Positions 20,426 through 31,385 of a stretch of DNA of 64,000 nucleotides are shown here, piece by piece. The position numbers and the translations under genes were made by a program. The notes beneath the pieces are model-generated. The model was not told where the DNA came from. It searched no databases and saw only the letters and a list, made by a program, of their open reading frames with translations. Origin of the DNA: an uncultured delta proteobacterium (GTDB lineage Bacteria > Desulfobacterota > Desulfobacteria > Desulfobacterales > B30-G6); the NCBI GenBank assembly GCA_963823335.1, contig CAWGLD010000001.1, positions 608,001-672,000 on the forward strand, written 5' to 3'. Each line of letters opens with the position of its first letter. Within the stretch, counting starts at the first letter, position 1.

Positions 20426-22916
20426 CGGGCTGCTCCCTCAGGTAGCTGATCGGTTTTTTTTTGAGAATCGATCTTGCCGAAAGGATCCCGACACCATTTA
20501 CAAGCACAACCGCACCCGCCACCATCAACAGGCAGGACAGTAAAAACATCCGAAAGTCGATTTCCAATACAAACCGGCATATCAGATAGGTTTCCACCTG
20601 GGAAATGACAACCGCCAGGACGCTGCTGGCAAGCCCTATCAACAGATTTTCGAGTGAGAACACCTTTACCACGAAGGCGGTCTTTGCCCCAAGAATCTTG
20701 TAATAGACGGATTCGGTTATGCGTTCCGCCCTGGTGGCAAAAACCGAACTGATGAGTATCAGTACACCGGCGAAGATACTGAGAACACTGAAGCCCCGCA
20801 CAATTTCCGACAGCTGTTTCATGATGCCAGCAAACACCCGAATCGTTTCGGAGACATCGATGACATTGATGTTGGGGAATTGCGTCACCACCCGGGTCTG
20901 TAGCGTCCCGATGTTCTCCTGGGGCACGTGAAGAGCGGAGAACAGGGTTTGCGGTGCTGAACCGAGGGTCTCTTTTTCAAAAACAAAGTAGAAAAATGGC
21001 TGCAACGACCCTTTTGTGCGGGATCGGACACTCGATATGCGCGCCGTCAGCGGAACACCCTGAATATTGAACTGAATGGTGTCCCCGATAATCATGGGGT
21101 GCATGTCAATGACGCTATCCAGGACCGACACCTGCAGATCCTGCCAGTCAGCACGAAAAAGTTTGCCGCCCTGGAGAAGGATCTCGTCGTCCAAAAGATG
21201 GTTCCGGTAGGTCAAATTAAAAACACGGGCAAGATTGTCACGCTTTTTGCTGCGCTCAGTCTTGCGATCGATGACGGCACCGTTGACATGGGTGACCCTG
21301 GCCCGAACGATGGGATAAAAAAGGACCTCTTTGTCCACGGCCATGGAAAAGGCCGTCGTCTGATGCGGCTGAATATCGAGAAAAAAGAGATTCGGACTAT
21401 CCTGGGGAAAAGACGTGACAAAAGTGGCGTCGAGATTCCGCTCCAGCAGGTAGATGGAAAAGATCACACAAAGTGCGGTTGTCAGCGATACCATGATTGT
21501 TTGTGTTGCAGCCCCCTTTCGAAACAGACCTTTGACAGCCTGGCGGAAAACCAGGTTCCGGATGTGCTTGCGTCTCAACACCCAGAGCATTCCAGAAGTC
21601 ACGACCGTTGCTATCATGATCAAGCTCCCCAGACCGGCCACAAAATAGAGCCCGAAACGGATATCCTGCATGTGTCGGAACACCAGCCCGAAGAAAAACA
21701 GGGCAAGCATTCCGTAGCATGCAAACACTGGCCACTGACGGGTCAGCACGGGGATGTCTTTGCGTAAAACCATGACCGGATGCATGCCCTTCAGTCGGTA
21801 GAGAGGTACAAAGGAGAAAATCAAGACCACTAGTATGCCCAACGCCACACTTTCCAGCATACCGGACCATGCGATCAAAAAAGGCGTCCCCGACGGCAGA
21901 AAGGCGGAAAGGAGATGGGCCAGACCATATTGAATGAGAACACCCATCAGGATGCCAGCGCCCATACCGATGCTTCCCAGCAGCATGACGATAATCACAT
22001 AATGAACCAGAATATGACGGCTGGTGGCACCCAGGGCCTTCATAATGGCGATGGCATACTGTTTTTCATTCAACAGGGCGGTCAAGGTGCTCTGAATGCC
22101 GACACCGGAAACGACCAGAATGAAAATACCCACCAGATTCAGGAAAAACATAAATCGTTCGAAAAAGCGCTTGATCCGCGACCGGGCCGTTTGAAATGTA
22201 TCGACCTGCTCCCTTTCCAACTCGGCAATTTGACTGAACCTGCGGGCCAGGGCGTCTGTCTGCGCGGCATCTTTGACCTTCAGTAGATGGACATGTCGTA
22301 TACGGCTGCCGGTCTGGAGCAAACCCAGGGCATCCAGATCTTCAGCGGCAATGAAGACACGGGGCCCAAAAGAAAAAAGACTGATGGGGCGGTCAGGCTC
22401 GGCCAGAACCACATCCTGGATGGTCAAAGAGGTGTAGCCCACCTGAATGGTGTCGCCAAGCCTCAGCCCCAGACGATCCAGAAGCGTCGGTGCCACGACG
22501 GTCCGGCCGGGTGTCAAGACCTCATGAAGTGCTCTACCGGATTGCAGCAGGACTTCCCCATAGAAGGGATACCCCTTTTCCACCACTTTCAGCTGTGAGA
22601 GCACGGAGCTGCTGTCATCGCTGGTTCGAATGACACTGTAGAATTCATGATATCGGGCAAGTGCCACGCGCCCTTCCTGAACATTTTCTGAAATCGCCTG
22701 GGACAGCGGCTCCGAGAGGGTCTCGTAACTCCGGATGACGATATCGGCGGCATGCAGCTTCCTGGCATCGTGCAGCAAAGACTGGTGGATACTTTTTGAA
22801 AAGCCGCCAAAGGCCGTCAGGGTGACCAGGGAAAGACCCACGCAAAGAATGAAAACCAAAGCCTGCTTTGACGACCGAGTGATTTCACGCCGGATGAAAC
22901 CATGATGGATCATCAT
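20418..22916 (-). CDS. ABC transporter permease (YbbP/FtsX-like)
   Basis: Two FtsX-type halves; PNLFFLDIQP; 832 aa. Confidence 0.9.
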   Translation of the reverse strand: MMIHHGFIRREITRSSKQALVFILCVGLSLVTLTAFGGFSKSIHQSLLHDARKLHAADIVIRSYETLSEPLSQAISENVQEGRVALARYHEFYSVIRTSDDSSSVLSQLKVVEKGYPFYGEVLLQSGRALHEVLTPGRTVVAPTLLDRLGLRLGDTIQVGYTSLTIQDVVLAEPDRPISLFSFGPRVFIAAEDLDALGLLQTGSRIRHVHLLKVKDAAQTDALARRFSQIAELEREQVDTFQTARSRIKRFFERFMFFLNLVGIFILVVSGVGIQSTLTALLNEKQYAIAIMKALGATSRHILVHYVIIVMLLGSIGMGAGILMGVLIQYGLAHLLSAFLPSGTPFLIAWSGMLESVALGILVVLIFSFVPLYRLKGMHPVMVLRKDIPVLTRQWPVFACYGMLALFFFGLVFRHMQDIRFGLYFVAGLGSLIMIATVVTSGMLWVLRRKHIRNLVFRQAVKGLFRKGAATQTIMVSLTTALCVIFSIYLLERNLDATFVTSFPQDSPNLFFLDIQPHQTTAFSMAVDKEVLFYPIVRARVTHVNGAVIDRKTERSKKRDNLARVFNLTYRNHLLDDEILLQGGKLFRADWQDLQVSVLDSVIDMHPMIIGDTIQFNIQGVPLTARISSVRSRTKGSLQPFFYFVFEKETLGSAPQTLFSALHVPQENIGTLQTRVVTQFPNINVIDVSETIRVFAGIMKQLSEIVRGFSVLSIFAGVLILISSVFATRAERITESVYYKILGAKTAFVVKVFSLENLLIGLASSVLAVVISQVETYLICRFVLEIDFRMFLLSCLLMVAGAVVLVNGVGILSARSILKKKPISYLREQPDA

Positions 22917-23620
22917 CGTCCCTGTCCTGGATTTCCTGAATTGTCCCGGGTGAACCTGCCGTCCTCGAGGGTCAGCACACGATCGGCGGCCCTGGCGATA
23001 TCCGGATTATGGGTAACCAGAATCAGCGTCGCTCCCTGTTCGGTTTTCAGGTCGATGAGTTGCGAGAGAACGATGTTGCCGTTTTCCGAATCGAGGTTTC
23101 CTGTGGGTTCATCGGCAAACAACAGTTTGGGTTTGTTGACCATGGCCCTGCATAGCGATACGCGCTGCTTTTCTCCTCCTGAAAGCTGGCTCGGCATATT
23201 GTCTGCCCTGTCTTCCAGGCCCACCCGTTTCAGCAACCTGCGGGCGGCCTGTTCGGCATCTTTTTTGCCCATGATTTCCGCTGGAAACATGATATTTTCC
23301 TTGGCTGTCATGGAAGGCACCAGGTGAAAGGATTGAAAAACAAACCCGATCATACGGTTGCGAAGGGGTGCCAGTTCATCTTCCGTGGCACCCGTGATCT
23401 CCTGTCCCTGGATGGCGACATGGCCGGAGGAAGGCTGGTCCAGACCGGAAAGAAGCGTCAGGAGGGTGGTCTTTCCGCTGCCGCTGCTGCCCGTAATGAC
23501 CACGAACTCCCCAGGGGCGACAGACAAAGAAATATCCTTCAACACCGTGATGCGGCGGTTTTCCAGCGCATAGGTCTTGTTCAGGTTCCTGGCTTCCAGA
23601 ATATTCGTACCATCCAACAT
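22913..23620 (-). CDS. ABC transporter ATP-binding protein (YbbA/LolD-like)
   Basis: GSSGSGKTT, LSGGEKQRV, LFADEPTGNLD. Confidence 0.95.
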   Translation of the reverse strand: MLDGTNILEARNLNKTYALENRRITVLKDISLSVAPGEFVVITGSSGSGKTTLLTLLSGLDQPSSGHVAIQGQEITGATEDELAPLRNRMIGFVFQSFHLVPSMTAKENIMFPAEIMGKKDAEQAARRLLKRVGLEDRADNMPSQLSGGEKQRVSLCRAMVNKPKLLFADEPTGNLDSENGNIVLSQLIDLKTEQGATLILVTHNPDIARAADRVLTLEDGRFTRDNSGNPGQGR

Positions 23621-23637
23621 GCCTGGGGTCCTTTACT

Positions 23638-23780
23638 GAAGCCATCTCAAAAAAGTTTTTTTGGCCCAATTTCTGTGTTGGTCCCTTGCTTCAACTCCTC
23701 GGAATACTACAGTATGCTTGCGGGTTAAAGTTCGGGCCCGCCTTGAACTTCAACCAAAACCCTTTTTTTGAGATGACTTC
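23638..23780 (+). repeat. MITE-like repeat family A
   Basis: Terminal IR GAAGCCATCTCAAAAAA / TTTTTTGAGATGACTTC; highly similar to 41306-41477. Confidence 0.85.
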
Positions 23781-24033
23781 TGAAAAAATAATTGCATATA
23801 ACTTAATACCGGCACTGGTAAAATACAAGGCGGTGCCGGGCCGCATCAAAAATCGGCAGAGCAAGACCACGCCCAGGACGGTCTTTTTCATGAAGGCTTC
23901 CGAGAATACTCTTTGCAGCACTTCCAAGGTTCAGGCTTGCGTTCGCTTCGCGTTGCGTGGCATAGTCAACCATCATCTTGCATTTCATCAGCAGCATAAC
24001 ATCGATACCATTTTATGAGAGCGTCAATTGACC

Positions 24034-25032
24034 ATGTATCTGGCCAGAACAACTATCGGAAACCAGACCCACTACCACATCAGAGAAACGTATCCGGATG
24101 GTGGTTGTTTGAAAAGTCGCGATCTTTTTCATCTGGGCACGGATCCTTCCAGATATATCATCTATCCGGGAGGAAAAGGTTACTACTTCGACGAGGTGCT
24201 GGAGGAAACCCTCAGAGAACTCGGTTTAAATCCGACCCAGGATGATCTCGATGGCATATTCTGGGATTTTCTGGATCCTGAAATCCAGCGGGTTATCCAG
24301 GGATTCGAGAGAAAAACAAAAACACCGCCATCCGGGCCGGATACGGTTGGTCAGGAATTTCATCTGTTTGACAAGCGGCGCATCCATTTTCTAAGATTCG
24401 GATCCATGGATCAACAGGATATTCAGCGGATGCCGGACAAATTCTTCCGGGCGCTCAATGCCAAATCCCGCGATGAAATCGAGCAGTATTTCATGCAGGA
24501 AGAACGCATCATCCGTCCACGTGAACTGATCCGGTACCTTTCTGTCATCTTCGGTTTTCAGCAGCACCTTGTATATTCCATGCCGGACCAGATGGCTGGT
24601 AACGCCCAACAGGAGCGGGTGGACACCCTGTTTATCGAATCCGTCTGTGCCCTGAACCAGGACAACACCTTCTGGACCGGTATGCCCATGACCGGTGACC
24701 TACAGGGGTATCTACGCCGATACGTCATTCTCTATTTCGATATGGCTGTCCAGCAGAGCCCCTCTATTCCGCGATACCTGCATGAATTTATGAATCGTCA
24801 TCGGTCCTATCGACCACCGCAAAAGGTCCGTTTGAACATGGCGGAAGCCAGCCGGCTGTTTGAAACACCATGGGAAAACCTGCATCAAATGGACGGCAAC
24901 GCGTTTACGCGCCTGTATCGTAAGCAGGCCCTCAAATTTCATCCGGATCAGGGCGGCAGCCAGAAAACATTTGTCAAGCTGACAAAACTCTACAAGAACC
25001 TTATGAAAAAGAAGGGCCACAAGCCATCTTAA
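24034..25032 (+). CDS. Hypothetical protein with C-terminal J-domain-like segment
   Basis: YRKQALKFHPDQGG (HPD motif) at the C-terminus. Confidence 0.7.
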   Translation: MYLARTTIGNQTHYHIRETYPDGGCLKSRDLFHLGTDPSRYIIYPGGKGYYFDEVLEETLRELGLNPTQDDLDGIFWDFLDPEIQRVIQGFERKTKTPPSGPDTVGQEFHLFDKRRIHFLRFGSMDQQDIQRMPDKFFRALNAKSRDEIEQYFMQEERIIRPRELIRYLSVIFGFQQHLVYSMPDQMAGNAQQERVDTLFIESVCALNQDNTFWTGMPMTGDLQGYLRRYVILYFDMAVQQSPSIPRYLHEFMNRHRSYRPPQKVRLNMAEASRLFETPWENLHQMDGNAFTRLYRKQALKFHPDQGGSQKTFVKLTKLYKNLMKKKGHKPS

Positions 25033-25095
25033 TTCCGATCGAAATCCCGCACCTCGGGTGGAGCCCTCGCCCGAACCTTTCATGAAGTGTCCGGG

Positions 25096-26583
25096 TTAGC
25101 CTACAGGCGGCAGGGTCACCGGCATACCCATCAGAGGCCAGAGAAAAAATACGGCAATTCCGGTGACCACCATCAGGATGATACTGGCCGGTATGCCGTA
25201 AAGAAAGAATTCCCCGGTCGTAAACTGCTTGGAGTCGTAGGCAATGGCATTTGGGGCGGCGCCCACCAACAACAGAAATGGCATTCCTGCCGTCACCAAA
25301 GCGCCAAACAGAATAACCTCACCGGACACACCCAGATAAGGAGCAATGACCAGGGCCACCGGCAGCGAAATAGCGATGGCCGCGACATTCATGATGACGT
25401 TTGTCATAACCATAACAAAAAATGCGATGCTCATGACAAATACAAACCAGTTGGCTTCCTGAAACATGGCCAGCCAGTTAACCGCCATCCAGTTGGCGGC
25501 ACCTGTCTGCCACAGGCAGTTGCCGATACTCATGGCACCCGAAAAAAGCAGTATGATGTTCCAGGGTATGGCTTCCAGGTCATCCAGATCCATAATCCCG
25601 GTGACAAAAAAGAGAATCGTTGAAATCAGAATAATGGCTGTTTTGTCGATGGGGGCAAGCACGGGCAGGAACTGCTTAGCCGCCATAACCAGGATACAGG
25701 TTCCCACAATCAGCGCAGCTTTGATTTCATTTTTTGTCATGGACCCCAGTTCATTGTTAAGTTTTTTTGCCTTCTCCCTCAAACCGGGAATGGTGGCTTT
25801 TTCCGGTTTGAAAAACACCATGAAAAATCCCCACAACAAAAAAGTCATGAGCCAGCCGATGGGAAACATGTACCAGGTTAGCTGAAAAAAGGAAATGTCC
25901 ACGTTCATGATGTCCTTGTAAAACTGAAGGGCCACAGCGCCACGCGCCGCTCCCAGCAGGGTGACAATGCTCCCTGCCCCGGCGACATAAGCCATCCCGA
26001 TAAACAGTCCTTTTCCAAACTTCGTTTTCTTGTCGCCTTCGCCATACAGGGCATAAATGGAGACAAGCAAAGGATAGATGGTGGCCGCCACCGCCGTGTG
26101 TGCCATGATGTGCGCCAGGGCTGCGGTAACCACAAAACACCCCAGGTAGATCATGCTTGTTTTTTCACCGACGATGATCAGCATTTTATAGGCCAGACGT
26201 CGGGTTAACCCTGTCTTTGTGAATACCAGGCCAATCATGATGGATGCAAAAATAAACATAACCGAAGGCACCATGAAATCCGTAAAGGCGTCCCTGGCCG
26301 GCCGGATCAGAAACAGGGCCTGCAGCACCCCTATGGCCAAACTTGTGACACCGATGGGAACCACTTCGAAAACCCACCAGGTAGCTGCCAGCAAGAAAAC
26401 AGCGATGGCACCTTTGCCCTCACGGGTTAATAAAAAATGTTTGTCCATGGGATCCACTGCATCCGGCCAGGCCGGCGAATAATACACCACACAAAAAAGC
26501 ACGATGCCCAAAACAAGAAACCCCGTCTTTTTCCAGTCAAAACTATTTCGCTGCAGATAATCGGCCGTTGAATCGTTCATCAA
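25096..26583 (-). CDS. SLC13/DASS family anion transporter
   Basis: WWVFEVVPIGVTSL, TLLGAARG, IPWNIILLFSGA, GAAPNAIAY. Confidence 0.9.
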   Translation of the reverse strand: MMNDSTADYLQRNSFDWKKTGFLVLGIVLFCVVYYSPAWPDAVDPMDKHFLLTREGKGAIAVFLLAATWWVFEVVPIGVTSLAIGVLQALFLIRPARDAFTDFMVPSVMFIFASIMIGLVFTKTGLTRRLAYKMLIIVGEKTSMIYLGCFVVTAALAHIMAHTAVAATIYPLLVSIYALYGEGDKKTKFGKGLFIGMAYVAGAGSIVTLLGAARGAVALQFYKDIMNVDISFFQLTWYMFPIGWLMTFLLWGFFMVFFKPEKATIPGLREKAKKLNNELGSMTKNEIKAALIVGTCILVMAAKQFLPVLAPIDKTAIILISTILFFVTGIMDLDDLEAIPWNIILLFSGAMSIGNCLWQTGAANWMAVNWLAMFQEANWFVFVMSIAFFVMVMTNVIMNVAAIAISLPVALVIAPYLGVSGEVILFGALVTAGMPFLLLVGAAPNAIAYDSKQFTTGEFFLYGIPASIILMVVTGIAVFFLWPLMGMPVTLPPVG

Positions 26584-26622
26584 GCCCTTCCTCCTTAAAA
26601 TATTCTAACCTGTAACGCTATT

Positions 26623-27174
26623 TCAAAAACACTCCCGCATCTTATGGAATACCGCGGCAAAAACATCCGTCAGTCTCAATATTCCAGTAATATCCCTTTG
26701 TCGCGTCACCAGCAAAGACTGATGGTTTCCCAGGACAAGCTGATGAATGGCCTCGTCCAGGGTGGCGTTTTCTTCAATGAATTCTCCTTCGGAAGGCGCT
26801 TGCATAAATTTCTTGACATTTTGTTCCCCGGCTTTGCAGCAGAGGTCTTCCAGGGAGCTGGCAAACAGGCGATACTCTTTCAGCATGGATTTCATAAATT
26901 CCTTGCTGAATCCCAGGTGATGAGATTGCCGACGATCCAACATGTCACCATATTTTGGTTCGAGGGCTCTGAGGGCGCCCAGCTGGGTCAGTTTGCCAAG
27001 GACCTTGCCGTTATGATCCAATATAAGGATGGCCCTGTGCCGGTAACGGGTATGATCAAATTCCTCCTGGGCCTTTTCCAGTTCCGAGACCGCCTCAAAA
27101 AGCGTAGCGTCTTCAGACACCTTTGCATATTCCGAAAGTGGTACCATCAAGTCCACGATTTTAAAGTCTTTCAT
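26623..27174 (-). CDS. CBS domain protein
   Basis: DLMVPLSEYAKVSEDATL...HRAILIL...GILRLTDVF. Confidence 0.85.
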   Translation of the reverse strand: MKDFKIVDLMVPLSEYAKVSEDATLFEAVSELEKAQEEFDHTRYRHRAILILDHNGKVLGKLTQLGALRALEPKYGDMLDRRQSHHLGFSKEFMKSMLKEYRLFASSLEDLCCKAGEQNVKKFMQAPSEGEFIEENATLDEAIHQLVLGNHQSLLVTRQRDITGILRLTDVFAAVFHKMRECF

Positions 27175-27240
27175 ATTGCCTCCTCACACGTTCACCTTCT
27201 TTGCGATCGTCCTTATGGAAATCCAGCAGAGCAAGCACGT

Positions 27241-27669
27241 TTAGATACCGTACTTTTTGATGCTACCCAATACACTGTCCAAGTGCTGTTTCTGAACAAT
27301 CAACATCTTTTCAGCCTTGGCTTCTTTAATTTTTTTTGAAAGCGCTTCCATGTCGGCCGGTTTCTCAAGATAATCTGACGCACCGATCTTCATCGCCTCG
27401 ACACCCTTTTCCAGAGATGCATGCCCGGTCAGCAGGATGATCTGTGCCTCGGGGTGCCTGGCCTTGATCTTTTTCAGGACAGCCATGCCGTCCATTTCCG
27501 GCAAATGAAAGTCTAAAATAACGGCGTCAAAAACATCGCTTTCGATGAACGCCAGGGCCTCTTTTGCGGATGAGGCTGTGGTGACATCCATACCCCGTAA
27601 ACGCATTCGTTCGGACATTGATTCCAGAAAATCTTCTTCATCGTCCACAAGCAAAACTCTTGCTTCCAT
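27241..27669 (-). CDS. Response regulator receiver protein
   Basis: LLVDDE, ILDFHLPEMDG, LLTGH, YLEKP. Confidence 0.9.
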   Translation of the reverse strand: MEARVLLVDDEEDFLESMSERMRLRGMDVTTASSAKEALAFIESDVFDAVILDFHLPEMDGMAVLKKIKARHPEAQIILLTGHASLEKGVEAMKIGASDYLEKPADMEALSKKIKEAKAEKMLIVQKQHLDSVLGSIKKYGI

Positions 27670-27937
27670 GGTTTTCTCCTTGCATCAGGAATATCGTTTT
27701 TTTACGTGAACTGAGTGATTTTTCCCGAAGTGCTGTGCCGAAATCTTGATGGAGAAGGATTCGCAAGAGATCGGTGCAGATCGAGATAAAAATCGCTCAA
27801 TTCAGGTTTTCATTTAATCAACGAAAAGAGTCCTATTCCTTAGCTTATCTTTTGTCAAAATGTCAAGAAAAGGCAACAAGAAACGGAATTCGTCATGTCA
27901 GGAGGGTTGGAGACTGATAGGCTGTAAGCGCTTATGG

Positions 27938-29293
27938 CTATAAAAGCTGTATGGCCAGATCCGACAGCTCGGATCTCTCGCCTTTTTCCAGGTTGATATG
28001 GGCATACAGTTTCTGCCCCTTCATCTTTTCAATGAGGTAGCTGAGGCCGTTGGACTGACTGTCCAGATAGGGGTGGTCGATCTGGTGGACATCCCCGGTG
28101 AAAATAAGCTTGGTGCCTTCCCCGGCGCGGGTAATGATGGTTTTAACTTCGTGGGGTGTAAGATTCTGGGCTTCGTCGACAATAAAAAACACCTTCACGA
28201 TACTCCTGCCACGAATATAGGACAATGGCGTAATAATGATTTTTTCCTCGGCCAGCAGATCCTCGATACGCCGGCAGCGGCCGTTCTTGCCCAAAAACTG
28301 ATTGTGTATGACCGTTAGGTTGTCGTACAGCGGCTGCATGTATGGGTCGAGCTTCGAATTGATATCTCCGGGCAGATATCCAATGTCCCTGTTGCTTAAA
28401 GGCACGATGGGGCGTGCAAGAAAAATCTGACGATAGTTGCGTTTGGTTTCAAGAGAAGCGGCCAGGGCCAGCAATGTCTTGCCTGTGCCGGCTTTTCCTG
28501 AGAGCGTCACCAGCGGGATGTCTTTATTCAGCAGTGCATTCAAAGCAAATGACTGCTCGGCATTTCGTGGACGAATACCATAACAGCTTTTATTTTCAAT
28601 GCGTTTGATCTGTTCCGCCTTGGCATCATAAACGCCCAGGGCGGATTTGCTGCCGTTGCGCATGATCAGAAATTCGTTGGGCAGCAACTGCCCTTCAAAA
28701 GATAGCTCCCCGGTTCCCATGCTATAGGGCGTTGCGTACATGAGATCGATAATCTGTTCAGGAATGTTTTCGACAACACGTTTTCCCTTGTAAAGCTCGG
28801 AAATATTCTTGACATGGTCGCTGGTGTAGTCTTCGGAAAGGAGTCCGACAGATTTGGCCTTCATCCGCAGATTGATATCTTTTGTGACCAGCACGACATG
28901 CTGAAAAGACCTGTCCAGGGCCACATGATAGGCTGCATTCAGAATGTGGTGATCGACCTTGTCTTTTGAAAAATTAGCGCTGATCTTTTGATGAAAGGGT
29001 CTTCCGAGTCTGACCGATATGTTTCCCTTGCCGCCGCCAATGGGAATACCACCGTTGAAAATGCTGTCACCTGTCAGGGCATCCAGGGAACGAAGAAATT
29101 CCCTGGCATTGCAATTGAGGATGTCCTTGCCTTTCTTAAATCTGTCCAGCTCTTCGATAACCACGATGGGAATCACCACATCGTGTTCATCAAACTGGTA
29201 TAGGCAGGTACTGTCATGCAGGATGACATTGGTATCGAGAACAAAAACCTTATTATTTTTCCCGGAACCAGGAAAACTGTCTGGAACGTTCAT
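27938..29293 (-). CDS. PIN-PhoH family protein (YlaK-like)
   Basis: FVLDTNVILHD PIN domain; GKAGTGKT, YIRGRS, VDEAQN, GDVHQID. Confidence 0.92.
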   Translation of the reverse strand: MNVPDSFPGSGKNNKVFVLDTNVILHDSTCLYQFDEHDVVIPIVVIEELDRFKKGKDILNCNAREFLRSLDALTGDSIFNGGIPIGGGKGNISVRLGRPFHQKISANFSKDKVDHHILNAAYHVALDRSFQHVVLVTKDINLRMKAKSVGLLSEDYTSDHVKNISELYKGKRVVENIPEQIIDLMYATPYSMGTGELSFEGQLLPNEFLIMRNGSKSALGVYDAKAEQIKRIENKSCYGIRPRNAEQSFALNALLNKDIPLVTLSGKAGTGKTLLALAASLETKRNYRQIFLARPIVPLSNRDIGYLPGDINSKLDPYMQPLYDNLTVIHNQFLGKNGRCRRIEDLLAEEKIIITPLSYIRGRSIVKVFFIVDEAQNLTPHEVKTIITRAGEGTKLIFTGDVHQIDHPYLDSQSNGLSYLIEKMKGQKLYAHINLEKGERSELSDLAIQLL

Positions 29294-29561
29294 GACGCAA
29301 CATATAGCATACAATACCCGTTGTTGCAACAACATGAAGTGTTCTTGACATAGAACCGGATCCCCATAGAAAGATGTGTTCCAGGTTGCCTGTTCGTCCA
29401 ATACGTGGCCCGTTGGTTTTACGAGTCCATATCCTGATATTGCCGAAATAGACTCCCGATCCTTTCACCGGCCCCCTTGCATTATGCTTTTTTTGGCTAT
29501 AGAATAACTTACCCTTGCCGGGTTCAGCAAATACGAAATGAAACAAGGAGACGAACCGTCC

Positions 29562-30902
29562 ATGAAAAAAGAGAAAGGTTTCAGCGTCAAGGATGTTTTA
29601 AGAGCGGAAGTGGCCCCTGCGCTGGGGTGTACTGAGCCAGTTGCCATCGCACTGGCCGCCGCCGCCGCTGCTTCCCTTATCCCGGGTGAGCCGATTACCG
29701 CTATAGAAATCTGGGTGGATCCCAATATTTACAAGAACGGTATCGCCGTGGTTATTCCCGGAACCAGGGGACTGAACGGCCTGGATTTGGCCGGTGCGCT
29801 GGGTGCGCTGGGTGGTGATCCAGCCCGTCGTCTGGAGGTGCTCGCAACCATCGACAAAACAGTTGTTCGCAATGCCAGGAAACTTCTGGATCGAAAAAAA
29901 GTGTCCATCAACCTCCTGGAAGAGCGGCAGGGAATCTATGTCAAGACCATCGTCAGGAGCAACGATAAGGCAGCCGAAGCCATCATAGAAACTCTGCATG
30001 ACAACATTGTTTCTTTGAAGGTAAATGGACAGCCTGTCGTGGACAACGTGCTCCTGTCCACCGGAAAAGATGGTGGGCAAAAGTCAAAACTCCTGCACGT
30101 AGAGGCGTGGTTGAAACAGCTCAGCCTGATGGAACTGGTTGAACTCCTGGACAATCTGGATGAAGATGATTTCACATTTTTAGAAGAGGGCGTCCAGTAC
30201 AACATGCGTCTGGCTGAATATGGTCTCAAACATGGATCCGGGCTTGGCATCGGCAAAACGCTGGAAAGACTTGTCAGGCTGGGCCTGATCCGGAAAGACA
30301 TGATCGTCGCCTCCAGGATTCTAACCGCTGCAGCGTCCGATGCACGCATGGCGGGTGTCTCCCTGCCAGCCATGAGTTCATCCGGAAGTGGCAATCATGG
30401 GCTTACTGCCATTTTACCCATATGGGCTGTCAAGGATTATGTTGAATGCGACAGACGGGTCGTTCTTGAAGCCATCGGCATCAGTCATATCATTACCGCC
30501 TATGTCAAGGCGCATACGGGCAGGTTGTCTGCCGTTTGCGGTTGTTCTGTGGCCGCGGGCGCAGGTGCAACAGCAGGAATTACCCACCTTCTGAATGGGA
30601 CCCTTGGTCATATGGCCGGCGCCATAACGAACCTTACCGAAGACCTGGCCGGTGTCATTTGTGACGGCGCCAAAGCAGGCTGTTCCCTGAAACTGGCTAC
30701 CGCTGCCGGAACAGCGGTTCAGTCAGCTCTCTTCGCCCTTCAGGGGGTGCAGGTACAATCCACGGATGGCATTATCGCTGCTTCAGCAGAAAAAACAATG
30801 CAGAATATCGGTCGACTGAGCACCCAGGGTATGATCGAAACCGACCGGACCATACTTAAAATTATGCTGGAAAAACAGTTTTCAGATATCAAGGAAATAT
30901 AG
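29562..30902 (+). CDS. L-cysteine desulfidase-like (CyuA/YhaM, serine dehydratase alpha family)
   Basis: PALGCTEPVAIA, SDARMAG...SSSGSGNHG, GRLSAVCGC, GVICDGAKAGC. Confidence 0.88.
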   Translation: MKKEKGFSVKDVLRAEVAPALGCTEPVAIALAAAAAASLIPGEPITAIEIWVDPNIYKNGIAVVIPGTRGLNGLDLAGALGALGGDPARRLEVLATIDKTVVRNARKLLDRKKVSINLLEERQGIYVKTIVRSNDKAAEAIIETLHDNIVSLKVNGQPVVDNVLLSTGKDGGQKSKLLHVEAWLKQLSLMELVELLDNLDEDDFTFLEEGVQYNMRLAEYGLKHGSGLGIGKTLERLVRLGLIRKDMIVASRILTAAASDARMAGVSLPAMSSSGSGNHGLTAILPIWAVKDYVECDRRVVLEAIGISHIITAYVKAHTGRLSAVCGCSVAAGAGATAGITHLLNGTLGHMAGAITNLTEDLAGVICDGAKAGCSLKLATAAGTAVQSALFALQGVQVQSTDGIIAASAEKTMQNIGRLSTQGMIETDRTILKIMLEKQFSDIKEI

Positions 30903-30911
30903 GAGGTAAGC

Positions 30912-31379
30912 ATGCAAACAGCCAAAAACATGGTGGCGGGCAAAGGACGTGAAATCGTGTCGGTTCCCGTGGGAACGACCCTTTTTGCCACCCTTGAAAA
31001 AATGAATCAGAAAAAAGTTGGTGCCATTCTTGTCACCAGAAACGAAAAGATTGTCGGCATCTGGACCGAAAGAGATCTTATGCAGGATGTCATCCAAGGG
31101 GGCTTTGACCTTAAAAACGCGTTGATCGAGGATTACATGACCACCCAACCGATTTCAGCACCCCACACCGATACGGTCTTCAATCTCATGGACAAATTCC
31201 TGGGGCTCAGGGTCAGACACCTGTTGATCGAAGAAAACGGCAACATTATCGGCCTGGTCTCGGGAGGGGATGTCATGAAATGCGTTATCCATGAAAAAGA
31301 CGCCGAGCTGAAACAACTCAATTCCATGGTGAGCTGGGATTACTACGAAAACTGGAAATGGAAACCCGAAGATCGTTGA
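30912..31379 (+). CDS. CBS domain protein
   Basis: KKVGAILV...VGIWTERD...RVRHLLI. Confidence 0.88.
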   Translation: MQTAKNMVAGKGREIVSVPVGTTLFATLEKMNQKKVGAILVTRNEKIVGIWTERDLMQDVIQGGFDLKNALIEDYMTTQPISAPHTDTVFNLMDKFLGLRVRHLLIEENGNIIGLVSGGDVMKCVIHEKDAELKQLNSMVSWDYYENWKWKPEDR

Positions 31380-31385
31380 AAAGAA

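Noticed and set aside
23686-24018. ORFs overlapping family A repeats (also 41330-41608 and 7581-7847)
   Set aside because: Similar peptides arise only from the repeat DNA; no protein-like features.
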